A stretch of 64,000 bases of DNA. It comes from Eledone cirrhosa. Taxonomy: Eukaryota. The stretch is from the NCBI GenBank assembly GCA_964016885.1, contig OZ024745.1, positions 124,248,001 to 124,312,000 of the forward strand, read 5' to 3'. Positions 24,629-37,108 of the stretch are shown one piece after another; within the stretch, counting starts at the first letter, position 1, and each line of letters begins with the position of its first letter. Both the position numbers and the translations under genes were made by a program. Below the pieces are notes generated by a model. The model saw only the letters and a list, made by a program, of their open reading frames with translations. It had not been told where the DNA came from and did not search any database.

Positions 24629-26516
24629 TATATATATATATATATATGCATATGTTATTGATAGACATGAGAATGAATAGTCAATACCGATGTAGAGTTT
24701 AAATATTCTCATCAGAGGTTTTGTCTAAAACTGAAAAGAAATATTTTAATGATAGAAATAGTGTTAACTTTTCACTAATTAAATTTCCTAATATTTCTCC
24801 TATCTTCCACATATTTTTAATCACTCACATATGCTGAGTTTTGTGCCATGTAACGTCAACTTAGATCTTCCACTCACATTTTTTTCCCATAATATTCCAT
24901 CAGAAAATATAAATCTCAAACAGGAGTCTTTTTGTAGCCTTGCACGACATTAAACTTTCCAACTGCAATGTGTAACAAATAAAGGGAAAAGAACAAACAA
25001 ACAAAAATAATTCATTGCTATTATTTAAAGGAATATGATATGATTGAATCTGATCATGCTATCTTTGGTGGTGTAACAGTAATGACAATAATATTTTATA
25101 ACAATGGAACAATAATATAATCGCTTTGGACAGTTATGTTGTTAGTTACATAGACACCAGACCAAGACTAGTATTTTGGCAGGTGAACACCCATTTAAAA
25201 TTTTATCCAAAAAACAAATACAAATATATTTATAATACCATCGTTCTTATTTAAAGTTTGTTTTCTCTGTTGATAAACATAAAAAAATACAAAAAGAACA
25301 AAAAAGGTGGAGAAATGGAAAGCAGAAACCTTACAACTTTACAGGAGGATTATAACAGCTATGACCTGCAGACAAGATGGCAAAAGTCATGCTATGCAAA
25401 ACACCCAGCAATATCAACTGCACCAACCGTTTCACCTATTTGGCAGATGAAAATGATGACATACAAAAGACTAATGACACTGGATGTTTAAATGGAGATT
25501 TGTACAAAAAGGAATAGGTACATAAAGTCAATGCATGACGACTAGTATTTTGGTAGGTAGAATCAACTGAATAGATGCAAGTAAAAGACTAGCATTTATT
25601 ACTTTTGATATTCATAACATTAAATAAATAGAATATAAATATTGCTAAAATATAATTAAAATACAAATATTCCTATAATAAAAATAAAATAGTTAGAGTA
25701 TAAAACACGAAAATTTGCTTAAAATAATGTCCCTGTTTCTCAATAAATCATAAAATTTATTGCAATGATCCAATTCCCTTATGAATAATTGATTAACAAC
25801 CATATCCCAATTATTAGCTGTGTCTGGGCTAAAAAGAGTGAATAAAGCAAAGGAGTGAGAGAAAGGCATTATTCATTAGGATGTTAAGATTAAAATCTTC
25901 TAATGAATATCTCAACTACAAAAATAAGATTTTCAGGAGATGTTAGCACTTCAAAAAATACTTGATCGTTTCATGGAAACATCAGCCCCAGACTTACAAT
26001 CTACAAAACTAAATATGCAAAATCCACCTTTAAAATGTGCTACATATTCACAGTAATACACAAACTAATACAATACTCTTAAGCACTCTTCTCTCTGCAC
26101 TTCATAAGTATTCCTCCATAATCAAGAACAGTTTGACATACACCTACCTTCTTTCACCATGAACACACCCCCTATGACACCTCCTCTTACCTTTCCAATC
26201 TTATTTCAATTCCTCCTTCTCCATACACACAATATATTTTCAGGATCCAAGTATATACTTATTTTCCCAGGTAGATAATGGTTAAATAATTTTAATCCTG
26301 GAATTATTTTCACTTCACCAATTATAAATTTTCTGTGCCTGCTCACCTTTCCAGAATATTTTGCGTGACATCACGATCATATATTCTGTATTCAGTTACC
26401 TGATGATGTGACTAACAAACATTAATCGTACTTATAAAAGATTGTCATACTATGAAACCTAAGTTTGTGTAACGATTTTTTGTGTGTACAAATCATTATA
26501 TATATATAGATAGATA

Positions 26517-26702
26517 CAGGTAAAATTCTGTTATAACAAATACCATTATAGCGAATGTTTCAGTATAACAAAATTTATTTCAATCCCTGAGGTTATAACA
26601 AACAAATGGTCAATTTATTTTGGTTGATCTCATTATAAAGAATTTTCCGTTAAAACAATTTTTTTTATACCCCATGAATTTCGTTATAATGGAATTTCAC
26701 TG
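26517..26702. mobile_element. pogo/Tigger-like MITE
   Basis: Imperfect TIRs CAGGTAAAATTCTGTTATAACAAA / TTCGTTATAATGGAATTTCACTG in a TA context. Confidence 0.65.
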
Positions 26703-27976
26703 GATATATATATAAGCTATATCAATAATTATGATCTGACATTTGTGCGAATATCTATGTTACCGAGATTGTAAGTATATATTTGTGATTTGGTGCATGG
26801 GTAGAAAAGTTAATAAAAAAACTATCTCTAAGTCGTTTCAGTTTTTACAAATTTCACATGTGCAAACACTGCTAGTGTGGTATAAACTATAAATATAACT
26901 AATACACACACCAGACATATCCATTTACTCACACATACATATGAGGCAATACCTGGATAAATATTGTGCATGAAGCAACTAAAATCTTCAAAGTGTTTTG
27001 TTCATTGCTTACCCACATTGCATCATTTCAATGATTTTTAATCATCAGGAGATCATTAGTTCACATTCTATTGGCTTCTTCATCTTTGTCTCTTCAAGTT
27101 CTAAGGTATGATTTATTTTTCATGTTAGATTACTAGGAATCTTACACAGTTGTAGATTTACTATAGAAATAATGAAGCTTAAGTTTCAAAGCATTGAAGG
27201 GACCTCAGAAGCAATTGCTTTTTTTATTACCATTGGTTAGGAAAGGGCTCCCATAAAGTTTCAAGCTTCAGGAACAGCAAAATAGATGCCTGCTATTATG
27301 TGTGCAGTATGTTCAAACCAACTGAGATACCATCTCTATACTGTTAGGGTTTCTTAACCATGTTTAATTACTGAATTATTTGAGACAAAGTTTGTCAATT
27401 TGATGCCCAATATTTTAATATTTACTTATGCAATTAGAAAATAATTTACATATTCAAAGTCTCCCACATGTAGAGAACAGAGTGAGAGTTTAATGAAATT
27501 ATAGAACATCGACCTTGTCATAAGATCTCATATCATGTTCTTAGATAATTTGTTGAATAAAGCAAAATCCACAGCAGCAACTTAGATAAAAAGTTTATCT
27601 AGGAAGATAAATACAACTGAGACAGTGGCTTGCTAAACTGGATCGTTTACAATAATTATTTCATTGAATACCATTAAGAGTTCAAATTCTGTTAGAATGG
27701 ACTTTATTTTGTATTCTTTGTGGTTTAGATAAATAAATAAATGACTCTAATATTTTGACAGTGATTCAATAAACTATAAACTTAAAATGTAGGCTTGTAT
27801 TGCCAAAGAAATAGATTGTAGGTGACTAAATCGACTCTAATACAGGAAATAGCTGAAATATAAAATCTTAGTTTTGCACAGTTTTAAAGAGATTGTTATC
27901 GAAGAGAAAGATTGCATCAAAATGTAATCACAATTTTACTGAGTATCACACAGAAAACTAATACGGACATCATAAT

Positions 27977-28112
27977 TGTTTCTACTTTTTGGCACAAGGC
28001 CAGCAATTATCCCAGTGCATTACTGGTACTTTATTTTATCGACCCTGTAAGGATGAAAGGCAAAGTTAACCTCGACAGGATTTGAACTCAGACCGTAAAG
28101 GGACGTAACTAT
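27977..28112 (-). mobile_element. 5'-truncated SINE family A copy with a 16-bp TSD
   Basis: ATACGGACATCATAAT at 27961-27976 and 28121-28136. Confidence 0.9.
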
Positions 28113-29290
28113 TTATTATGATACGGACATCATAATAATAAAAGTAATAAAAGTAAAATGGTCGACTTTAATATATATATATATATATATTTGTGAGGAT
28201 TGTTATAAAACCTAACATACTTAGGTCATCATATTCAGACTGAGGTCATTGTTCTCTCACCCAGCTCGTTTTCTTCTGAATGAATTGACTAATAGATTTT
28301 AAGAAATCTTGGAAACAGATCTTCAGTCGTAATTACCTACTGTTAAACAAGAAAGCCAAATGATTGATAACTAACTGTGAGATTGAATTTAGCTGAAAAG
28401 TGACACCAAAAACTATTTAGGAAATATTATCAGAGTGAAGGAAAATAAAAAATATAAAAAAAAGACAATAAAACAACAAAAAATCGAAAAACAAAATGGA
28501 AAAAAAAAACTCAAGTTGTAATGAATAGTACAAAATGAAGAACATAACGTGAGTGTAAAAGTTAATTAAATCAACTTAAGTTACCTATAATAGTAAAGGA
28601 GCTAATTTTATAGGTAGAAATGATAGAGAAGAAAACTAACTGTAACTATTTGATATACTGCAAGGACGACATCTCTGCTGGAAAGCCTAGTAGGAGAAAA
28701 GATTCACTTAAATATGGATGCCACCATGACTACAATTGGCAGTAATTTGGAAACCTATCATCACCTCTTTCAATTAGTGGTTATTCATTATTGTTTTGTG
28801 AGAGAAGTTAAAATTCCTCTAAGTTAAACTTGGAGTAATGGCATACATACATACATTCATAAATACATATATACATAGATACATATAAGCATACATACAT
28901 ATCTACATACATGCATACATAACAATACACAGAATATAGACAAATAATTGCATACACAAACATACACACATACTTGCACACACACAGTTGTCTTAATCCT
29001 TTTTGAAGTTCTCATTACTGACTTCATCTTCTTCAGTGTTGATATCATTCTTGCTCTTTGAAACAGTCTTATCATTTTGAATATCCCAAATGATTTTAAT
29101 TAAACCTGATTGGAGACAATATCAAAAGTCCATACGTTTGTGTAATTTACTGAAAATTTCATTATATTACTTTTTCCTTCAGGTGATGATTCTATGATTT
29201 TATTCATATTTGAATTCTTGGATTTCTCCTTCACCAAAGTATTTCCAAAACCAAAATCTCTTATACACACACATATCCATATTTACCATT

Positions 29291-29330
<40 letters not shown>

Positions 29331-29354
29331 TCATATATAAAATAATAATAATAA

Positions 29355-29930
29355 TTGTTTCTACTTTTGGAACAAGGCTAGCAATTATCCCAGTGTATTA
29401 CTGGTACTTTATTTTATCGAACCTGTAAGGATGAAAGGCAAAGTTAACCTCGGCGGGATTTGAACTCAGACCATAAAGGGCCGTAACTCTATGCTGCAAA
29501 GCATGGTGTCCGACCCTTTACCGATACTGCCAATCCACCAATAATGATTTCATTTATTGTCCACAAGGGCCGACATGTCGGGTATAATACAAAGACACAG
29601 ACAGTGGGGGTTTACAATAATAATAATAATAATAATGATAACAATAATAATAATGGTTTCTACTATAGGCACAAGGCCAGCAATTTTGGGGGAGGGGAAT
29701 GTCGATTAAATCAACCCCAGTGTATTACTGGTACTTTATTTTATCGACCCCCGTAAGGATGAAAGGCAAAGTTAACCTCGGTGGGATTTGAACTCAGAAC
29801 ATAAAGGGGCATAACTCTATGCTGTAAAGCATGGTGTCTGATGCTCTACAGATACTGCCAAATAATAATAATAATAATTGTTTCTACGTTAGGCACAAGG
29901 CCACCAATTACCCAGTGTATTACTGGTACT
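29355..29930 (-). mobile_element. Cluster of SINE family A copies (29355-29540, 29654-29861, 29878-29930) separated by (AAT)n
   Basis: Family A consensus; both short-tail and long-tail subfamilies are present. Confidence 0.85.
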
Positions 29931-29941
29931 AATAATAAAAA

Positions 29942-30108
29942 GGACAATTTGTTATGTCTTCATTACATTTATTGAGTAGTGATACGTGTTTCTGTTGAGG
30001 TAATGACAGAAGTCAGGCTAGATCGAAACAGATCGAAACATGAGCTGATCAATAGCAAAACTCGCATTACTACTCAATAAACATAATGAAGACTTAACAA
30101 ATTGGTCT
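29942..30108. repeat. Fold-back element with ~50-bp arms
   Basis: CAATTTGTTATGTCTTCATT...TTTATTGAGTAGT pairs with ACTACTCAATAAA...AATGAAGACTTAACAAATTG. Confidence 0.8.
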
Positions 30109-30109
30109 G

Positions 30110-31485
30110 GTAGGAGAGGCGCAGACATGCGCCATTCCCAACAGATCCATCCACGACAACCTCTACCTCATGCGATACATCGTGGAGAGGGTAGCTAGGG
30201 AACCTGTCACGGGCGGGTCCTTGATCAAATTAGATCAGTCGAAAGCTTTCGATAGGGTCGACCATCGTTATCTGGTGGCAGTCCTGAGGGCGGCTGGCTT
30301 TGGGCCCGTCATTGAGGCTGGATTGCTGCCATGCACAGCGACATCTGCTCTGTGGTGAGAGTGAATGGTCACCTTTCAGAACCGTTCAACATCATGCGCT
30401 TGGTCCGCCAAGGATGTCCCCTCTCGTCTCTCTTGTACGCATTGACTCTCGAGCCATTACTGCACAAACTGGAGACATTGAGGGGGGTCCCGTGCGAACT
30501 AGGATGCGGAAGATCTGTGTCAGCATATGTGGACGATGTCACCATAGTGGGACAAGGTGACGAGCAGGGTGGCTTCTCTCACCCAGAAATGGGCGGAGAG
30601 GAAGCTATCCCTGAAAGATCGAACGGAGGTGGCTAACGCGTACATCGCGTCCGTCATCTACTACCGCCTGACTGTCATGCCTTGTCCTAAGCCTCGCCTG
30701 ACTGCGCTGGAGCGTTTGCTCTTTCGCTTTTTGTGGAAGGGATGCACTCCGATGGTCAGGCGGTCCATCTGCTGTCAACACCCGCTATGTGGAGGGCTGG
30801 GCAGCCCTGGCTGATGATGCGCAGACACGCGATCAGGCTACGACATCGCCACTTCTTCCTCGACGGTGATCGTTCGAATGTGATCGTTGGAAACTCCACC
30901 TTGGCATTCTATAGAGGATTAGTGGAGGGGAAGAGCGACGACGTACTTGGAGAAACTCTAGGTGTCGACGAAAATCAACTAGCCAATCTCTTTGGAAGAA
31001 CTTTTCTGTCTGGTGGCCATGGCGAAAGAGATAGTATGGTGGACACGTCTGAAAGGGCTGAAGACGTGCACTTACCTCTTTGGTGATGCCCTGATTAACT
31101 TTTTCCAATTTCATTTGAAAAGGAAAATCAGGGTAGAGAGGGAAGTGCTCTCTTCCCAACTTTTTGTTGAAAGATGGGTGAGAGAGACAAGAATGGCTCG
31201 AGTGAATGGACTACTCTGAGTATATGCCTGTAAATTGAAGGTGGAAAACTGGGAGAGGACACTTGCCCTAGTGGTCAGGGTCACCCTGGCTTTTTTTAAT
31301 GGGCTTTCTCCATGATGGCCCTAGGACGTCTCCCCCACTATTGGTGAATTTTTCATTGTTCTTTTATTACATCTTCTGTTTTTTTTGTTTTTTTACACAC
31401 AGAAATGCCCATTTGTACCGTCCTGTATTGTCCTGTACTGTCCTTAATGTCTACTTTGTGTAAACCCTTGTGGTTAATAAAGAAA
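30110..31485 (+). mobile_element. Tx1/L1-clade LINE, 5'-truncated and internally deleted
   Basis: AIPNRSIHDNL, LDQSKAFDRVDH, VRQGCPLS.LLY.L.LEP, SAYVDD, FRFLW...GGLG. Ends in AATAAAGAAA followed by (ATT)n. Confidence 0.9.
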
Positions 31486-31544
31486 GCATTATTATTATAA
31501 TTATTATTATTATTATTATATAAATAAAGAAACCATTATTATTA

Positions 31545-32578
31545 CAGGAAAAGACCGAAGGATAGCGCTTGGAAACTAGAATGTCTCCAGGCGCTCACCA
31601 CCCTCTGCCATCTGGGCACCAGTATTGGTGGAACATCCACCTCGGCGTTCTATAGAGGACTAGTGGAAGGGAAGAACGACGACGTTCTCGGAGAGATCCT
31701 TGGCGTCGAAGAAGATCAGCTGTTTGCTCTCTTCCAGAGAACTTTCAGCCCAGGGCCTATGGCTAACTTCCAGAAATCCCTGGCCTGGCAGTGCTACTGG
31801 GGAGCGTTGCCGGTTCGAGATAAGCTCTACAGGCATGGAAGTGCTGTCAGCTGAGCCTGTCCGAGATGTCCTCCGAGCGATGAAACCGTCGTGCACGTAC
31901 TCGTTCAGTGCCCACGCATTGCTGACTTGTGGAGCTATGTCGAATAGTTGCTGTCGCGTGTAGGACCGATCCGGTTATTGACTGAGTCTATTGTGGAGAT
32001 GGTCTCACCGTCTTCCTTCGATGAGGAAGGGCAGGCAGTTTTCATCTGCCTGGTAGCCATGGCGAAAGAGATTGTGAGGTGGACAAGGTTGAAAGGGTTA
32101 AAGACAGACACTTTCCTCTTCGGCGAATCCCTGATTAACTTTTTCAAGTTTCACTTAAAGAGGAAAATCAGGGTGGAGAGGCAAGTGCTCCTTTCTAGCA
32201 AGTTTGTTGAAAGGTGGGTGAATGTAGCGAGAATGGTCCGAGTGAATGGGACTGCTCTGAATATGCCTGTAGTTTGAGAAATGGAAAAATTGAGAGAGGG
32301 CGCTTGCTCTGGTGGTCTGGGTGGCCGTGGTCTTTTGTGTGGTTTTCGCCATGAGTAACCCTCGGAGTCTTCTCCCCTATTGGGAAATGTTTCATTGTTT
32401 GAATTTTCATTTTTGTTGTTTATATATATATATGTTTCTATGTCTCTTTTCTTTTTCGTTTCTTATATAAATAATAAAAATCTTTACATGCACAAAACCC
32501 ACATCGTACCGTCCTGTACTCTCCTGTGCCGTCTGTAATGTTTTTCTTGATGTCTGGCCTTGTGGCCAATAAAGAAAT
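31545..32578 (+). mobile_element. Second Tx1/L1-clade LINE 3' fragment
   Basis: Homologous to the 30890-31485 part. Zinc knuckle CPRC...ETVVHVLVQC. Same 3' UTR ending CCTTGTGGCCAATAAAGAAA followed by (ATT)n. Confidence 0.9.
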
Positions 32579-32709
32579 TATTATTATTATTATTATTACA
32601 CTCTGCTTAGTATAACACCTCTATACTTACTGGAACCTATGCATCGAGTGCTCACTCTGGTGAACATGCAGTAACTGGACATTACAATCCCTAAATATAT
32701 ATATATATT

Positions 32710-33002
32710 TAAAATAGAAAAGGCTTCTACAGAACTAGAACTGTTTCACTCAAAATGATGTTTGTACTCAACTAATGTATTGAGTACTTTACTTACTATG
32801 GTTACCTCTCATTAACCCAGGACTCACACACACACACACGCACACACACTCACTTATATATATATATATATATATACATATCTATATCATCATCATCATC
32901 ATCAACGTTAAACAGTAAGTAAGTTACTCAATACATTAGTAGAGTGCAAACATCATTTTAAATGAAACCCCTCTAGTTTTGTAGAAGCCATTTCTATATT
33001 AA
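32710..33002. repeat. Inverted repeat (~85-bp arms) enclosing microsatellites
   Basis: ATAGAAAAGGCTTCTACAG...CTAATGTATTGAGTA...TTACTTACT pairs with AGTAAGTAA...TACTCAATACATTAG...TGTAGAAGCCATTTCTAT. Confidence 0.75.
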
Positions 33003-33049
33003 ACATGATACATGTGTATATTTGTATGTATGAATATGTATGTATATAC

Positions 33050-34885
33050 ATGCATGGGAAGCCAGCTGCTGCTAGGCTCCTTCTCAATATGTCATTGAGA
33101 GTGGCATGACAAGTAAACCAGCCTGTGCTCTGGTGGTATGACAGAGGGTGCAGGCCAAACTTGTCAATGAGAGCCTTACAACTGCATTCATATGGCTCAC
33201 ATGTGTGGAGGTTGAGGCCTTGAGCCACTTCAATGTGAGTACACTTGTCATTAAGAAGGCTGTGGGTTGATGAGGAGGGCAATGAATTGAGCTACACACA
33301 GCTGTTTGGCTGTGAAGTGGATTGGAGGCAGGTGAGGTGGTGTTGGTCAAAGCCAAACTTGATCCACCTGAAAGAAGAGCTCCACTTGATGTCATCCCAG
33401 TTACATTGGACAGAGAGGCCTTCACCTATCCAGTCGGCCCCAGTCTACTCCAGTTCTAGGGTCATTTCAGGTTCGGCTGTCTTGCTGAGGACCACACTGA
33501 TGATGGTGGGACTGGAAGAGATTGAGGAGAGTTAGGCTGGCAGTGCCAACTCCAAAGTGGATTGGAGGCTGAGGCCACCAAACCTCACTGGAAGCTTTTC
33601 CTGTTGCCAGCTGGCAGTATCATTGCAAATGAATTTTGCACAGTGGAAGATGATGGCACCAAATTCACCAAGATGATCTGCATAAGGGGAACAAGAGCTC
33701 TTGTGCAGTGTGAACAATAATTTAGGAAAGGTAAAGCAGTTCCTGTGGAGGCATGTGGCCTAGTGGTAAAGGTGTTGGAATTACGATCATAATGTTGTGC
33801 GTTCGATTCCTGGGTTGCATGTTGTGTTCATGAGCAAAACACTTCATTTCACATTGCTCCAGTATACTCAGCTGTAAACGAGTACCACCAATAGCTAGGG
33901 GTTTAACCCTGTGATGGACTGGCGTCCTGTCCAGGGGGGAGTCTTGTACTCTCAGTCACCTTCATGCCATTAAACCGGGATAAGTACTGGCCAAATGAGC
34001 CTTCTGGCTTAAGACTGACTTTAGATTTTTAGAAAGCAGTTCCTCAGGAAAAAGAGAGCTTGATGTGCGTCAATGAGGCACAGCACCTCTGCCATTCTCA
34101 CAAGTCTGCATGCTTGGTCTCTAGGCACTCTTGTATGGCTTTTGAGAGAATTGGAAAACCAAGAATGTAGGTGGCATCTTTGGGTATAAACCAAGCCCTG
34201 GACAATGTGTGATGGATGTTGAGTAGGGCGTTGTGGAATTCAGCCTCAATAGCTAAAGTTTATCACCTTGGACTTGGATGGGTTGATCTCTAGTCTGAGG
34301 AGCTTTAGAGTGGGGATGATTGGCCGAAGATCCTCAACTACTGTCTCAACCAAGCAACCCAGAGTCACATGATCCAGATACCAAACGTTGAAGGGCACCT
34401 GGGCAGAGTAGGTAATGTCATCAACTGCCAGCGCAAAGAGGAGTAGGCTGAATGGATCTGCTTGCTAGACACTTACAGCGGAAGTAACTTTGTTGACAGC
34501 AACCATAAATATGCTAGGTCTTCTGTATGAGAGGTGATCAAGAGGATAAATTAAGGGGGCTTGTCTGAGACACCTCTCTAAGATATGATCCCGCCTAATG
34601 CTGTTGAAAGCATTTCTCATGCCCAGCTTCACAATGGGGTCGGTTGAGGAATAAGGTGTGCGTTCTATAAAGTGTCCAGCTGCATCAACACTTGACTCCC
34701 ACTCCAAGCTGGAGAGAGCTTAGTGTCATGCTTAGGTCATCTCTGACTGACTTGCAAGCTACTTTGGCAGCTAGTCTTTGGAAGACATTGTCCACTGTGA
34801 TGTGATCAACACCTCCGTCATTCTTCCTCAGAGCAGTCAGACTGGCTGAGAAGAAAAGATTGTGGGCAGGGCAAGTTGGCAAATC
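33050..34885 (-). mobile_element. CRE-like non-LTR retrotransposon remnant (RT to zinc knuckle), interrupted by a SINE
   Basis: LTALRKNDGGV...RLAAK...QLGVG, KL..RNAFNSIRR, QADPFSLLLF, WYLDHVTLG, LPVRFGGL, C.C...D.FGLH...HATLND. Confidence 0.8.
33745..34032 (+). mobile_element. SINE family B variant with a 12-bp TSD
   Basis: A-box TGGCCTAGTGG and B-box GTTCGATTCC. TSD AAAGCAGTTCCT at 33733-33744 and 34033-34044. Confidence 0.9.
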
Positions 34886-34899
34886 ATTATTTAAGCCAA

Positions 34900-35073
34900 A
34901 GGGCAGTGGAGTAGCAGTATCAGTAGAGCGTCAGACACCATGGTTTACATCATAGAGTTGTGGCCCTTTACGTTTTGAGGTTAGCTTTGTCTTTCATCCT
35001 TACGGCATCGATAAAATAAAGCACCAGTAATGCAGTGGGGTAATTGCTAGCCTTGTGCCAAAAGTAGAAACAA
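34900..35073 (+). mobile_element. SINE family A copy
   Basis: Family A consensus with TSD ATTATTTAAGCCAA on both sides. Confidence 0.85.
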
Positions 35074-36108
35074 TTATTTAAGCCAATATTGCTATACTTA
35101 CAAAGTAACAATATAAAACTTTATTATCAGATTATAACTTTTATAGGATCTGATCTTGTTATTTATAAATTAGAAATATTTTGTAGCTTATTTATGAATT
35201 AAAGAAAGTGAAATTCACTGCAATATTCTTTTGTTAGCAAAATATTGTTTAGTATTATGAATACAAATAGAAAAATGTGTAAAGCAGATGTATGGAAATC
35301 TATTTACTGATTATAAATCATGGAAAACTAAGTGCAGAAACTTATGATGTAATCATGTTAGATGCTGGACTTTGTGTTTTAATGACTAATGCATTAATAA
35401 CAATGTAGAAAAGAATGAAAGAAGGAGATAAAGCAAAGTGTTAGATGTTATTAAATTGTTAGATGTTATCAAAGTGTTAGATACTTATTAAATACATACT
35501 ATATATTTATTGATAAGGTATTTGAAATTATATACAAAAACACTATCATAAATTTCTAGATAAAATCATATCTAGTTTATAGAAGATTAATTAAAAATGT
35601 TTTGTATCAAATAGAATTAAATTTAATAAAATTTACAAGCATATCAGAGAATATAATCATGAGGTAATTTATAGAAAAACATCATTATTATTGTATGAAT
35701 ATCAACACTAAAAATTTAACCCTAATTATGTTAATCAAAATTAAATTTCAAAATAAAAAATATAAGAGCAAAAATAAATATTTACTTGCACTTTAAAAGA
35801 ATAGTTTAATAGATTTCTTAAGAATAAAAGAATTAAATCTGAACAAATTTTTAATTATAGGGAATTAAATATACAGAATATTCAAATAATTAGAATAGCT
35901 TCCTAAAATGAGAAAACTGTGATAAACTCTAAAGGACCACAAGTCAATCATAAAGACAAATTCTATATATTAAGATATTTATCTAATTATATTCATCAAA
36001 CTACAATAGAAATTCTAATTTTAACAATTAACTTTATAACTATTACTCATTTATATGCTTACAAACCAAACTTTACTATCCAACATTAATTTAATTATGA
36101 TAAATTAA

Positions 36109-36346
36109 TTGTTTCTACTATTGGCACAAGGCCAGCAATTATTCAGTACATGACTGGTACTCGGTGAATTGGCAGTATCAGTAAAGGATCGGATGCCATG
36201 CTTTAGAGCATAGAGTTACGACCCTTTATGGTCTGAGTTCAAATCCCGCCGAGGTTAACTTTGCCTTTCATCCTTACGGGGGCGATAAAATAAAGTACCG
36301 GTAATACACTGAATAATTGTTGCCCTTGTGCCAAAAGTAGAAACAA
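36109..36346. mobile_element. SINE family A: minus-strand tail fragment (36109-36161) abutting a full plus-strand copy (36163-36346)
   Basis: Tail TTGTTTCTACTATTGGCACAAGG is followed immediately by the head GGTGAATTGGCAGTATC. Confidence 0.8.
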
Positions 36347-36830
36347 TTAATTTAATGATGATAAAGGAGGTAAGGTTTAAAAGTGTTTAAAAATAAGGAA
36401 AAGAAAATATCGTATTAAATAGATCTAAGTATCAGCTTTTCGATGGGACAGAGTTTGATAGTCTGTTGCTGGCCACATTGTTCATTTATAGGAGTATTTT
36501 ACCTGATTTTCTAAGCTGTGTTCACAACAATCGTTCTCCATTCAAAATTATCTACATTTTCTAAGCATTACAACTCACCTGGGACACTAATGTTTATTTA
36601 CAAAAATGTAATCACATTGAAAAGCTGATATTTAGCTATATTTAAGACAGTAACTGTCATCAAGCTCAATGGTACAGAGTACTCAGGTGGGATTTCGGTG
36701 GTATAGAATGCAATTCTCTCTAGCAGCAGGCCATTTTTTCCATATATATATATAGAGGTATTTTACCTGATTTTCTAAGTTGTGCTCACAGCTATTTTCA
36801 TGTGATCAAGCTGTACTGACTTTTACAAGC

Positions 36831-36890
<60 letters not shown>

Positions 36891-36904
36891 GTATATATAT
36901 ATGT

Positions 36905-37082
36905 ATAGGAAAATGTTTAATCCTGACGGCAGAGCTCAACCCGTTTCGATAGATATTTCTGGAGTCCAGAAATACCCGTCAAAATGTCGGGGTTACACAT
37001 TTTCCTATTACCCACTCTACTACCCTAAGTATTGAGTACTCTGGTGCGTTATGGTCCATCTGGTTCCTTACCACACCTCCTT
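36905..37082. repeat. Second copy of the 18850 fold-back family
   Basis: Hairpin centred on TATTTCTGGAGTCCAGAAATA, with the shared tail TTTTCCTATTACCCACTCTACTACC...TTATGGTCCA...TTACCACACC. Confidence 0.8.
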
Positions 37083-37108
37083 CGTTATATATATATATAT
37101 ATATATAT

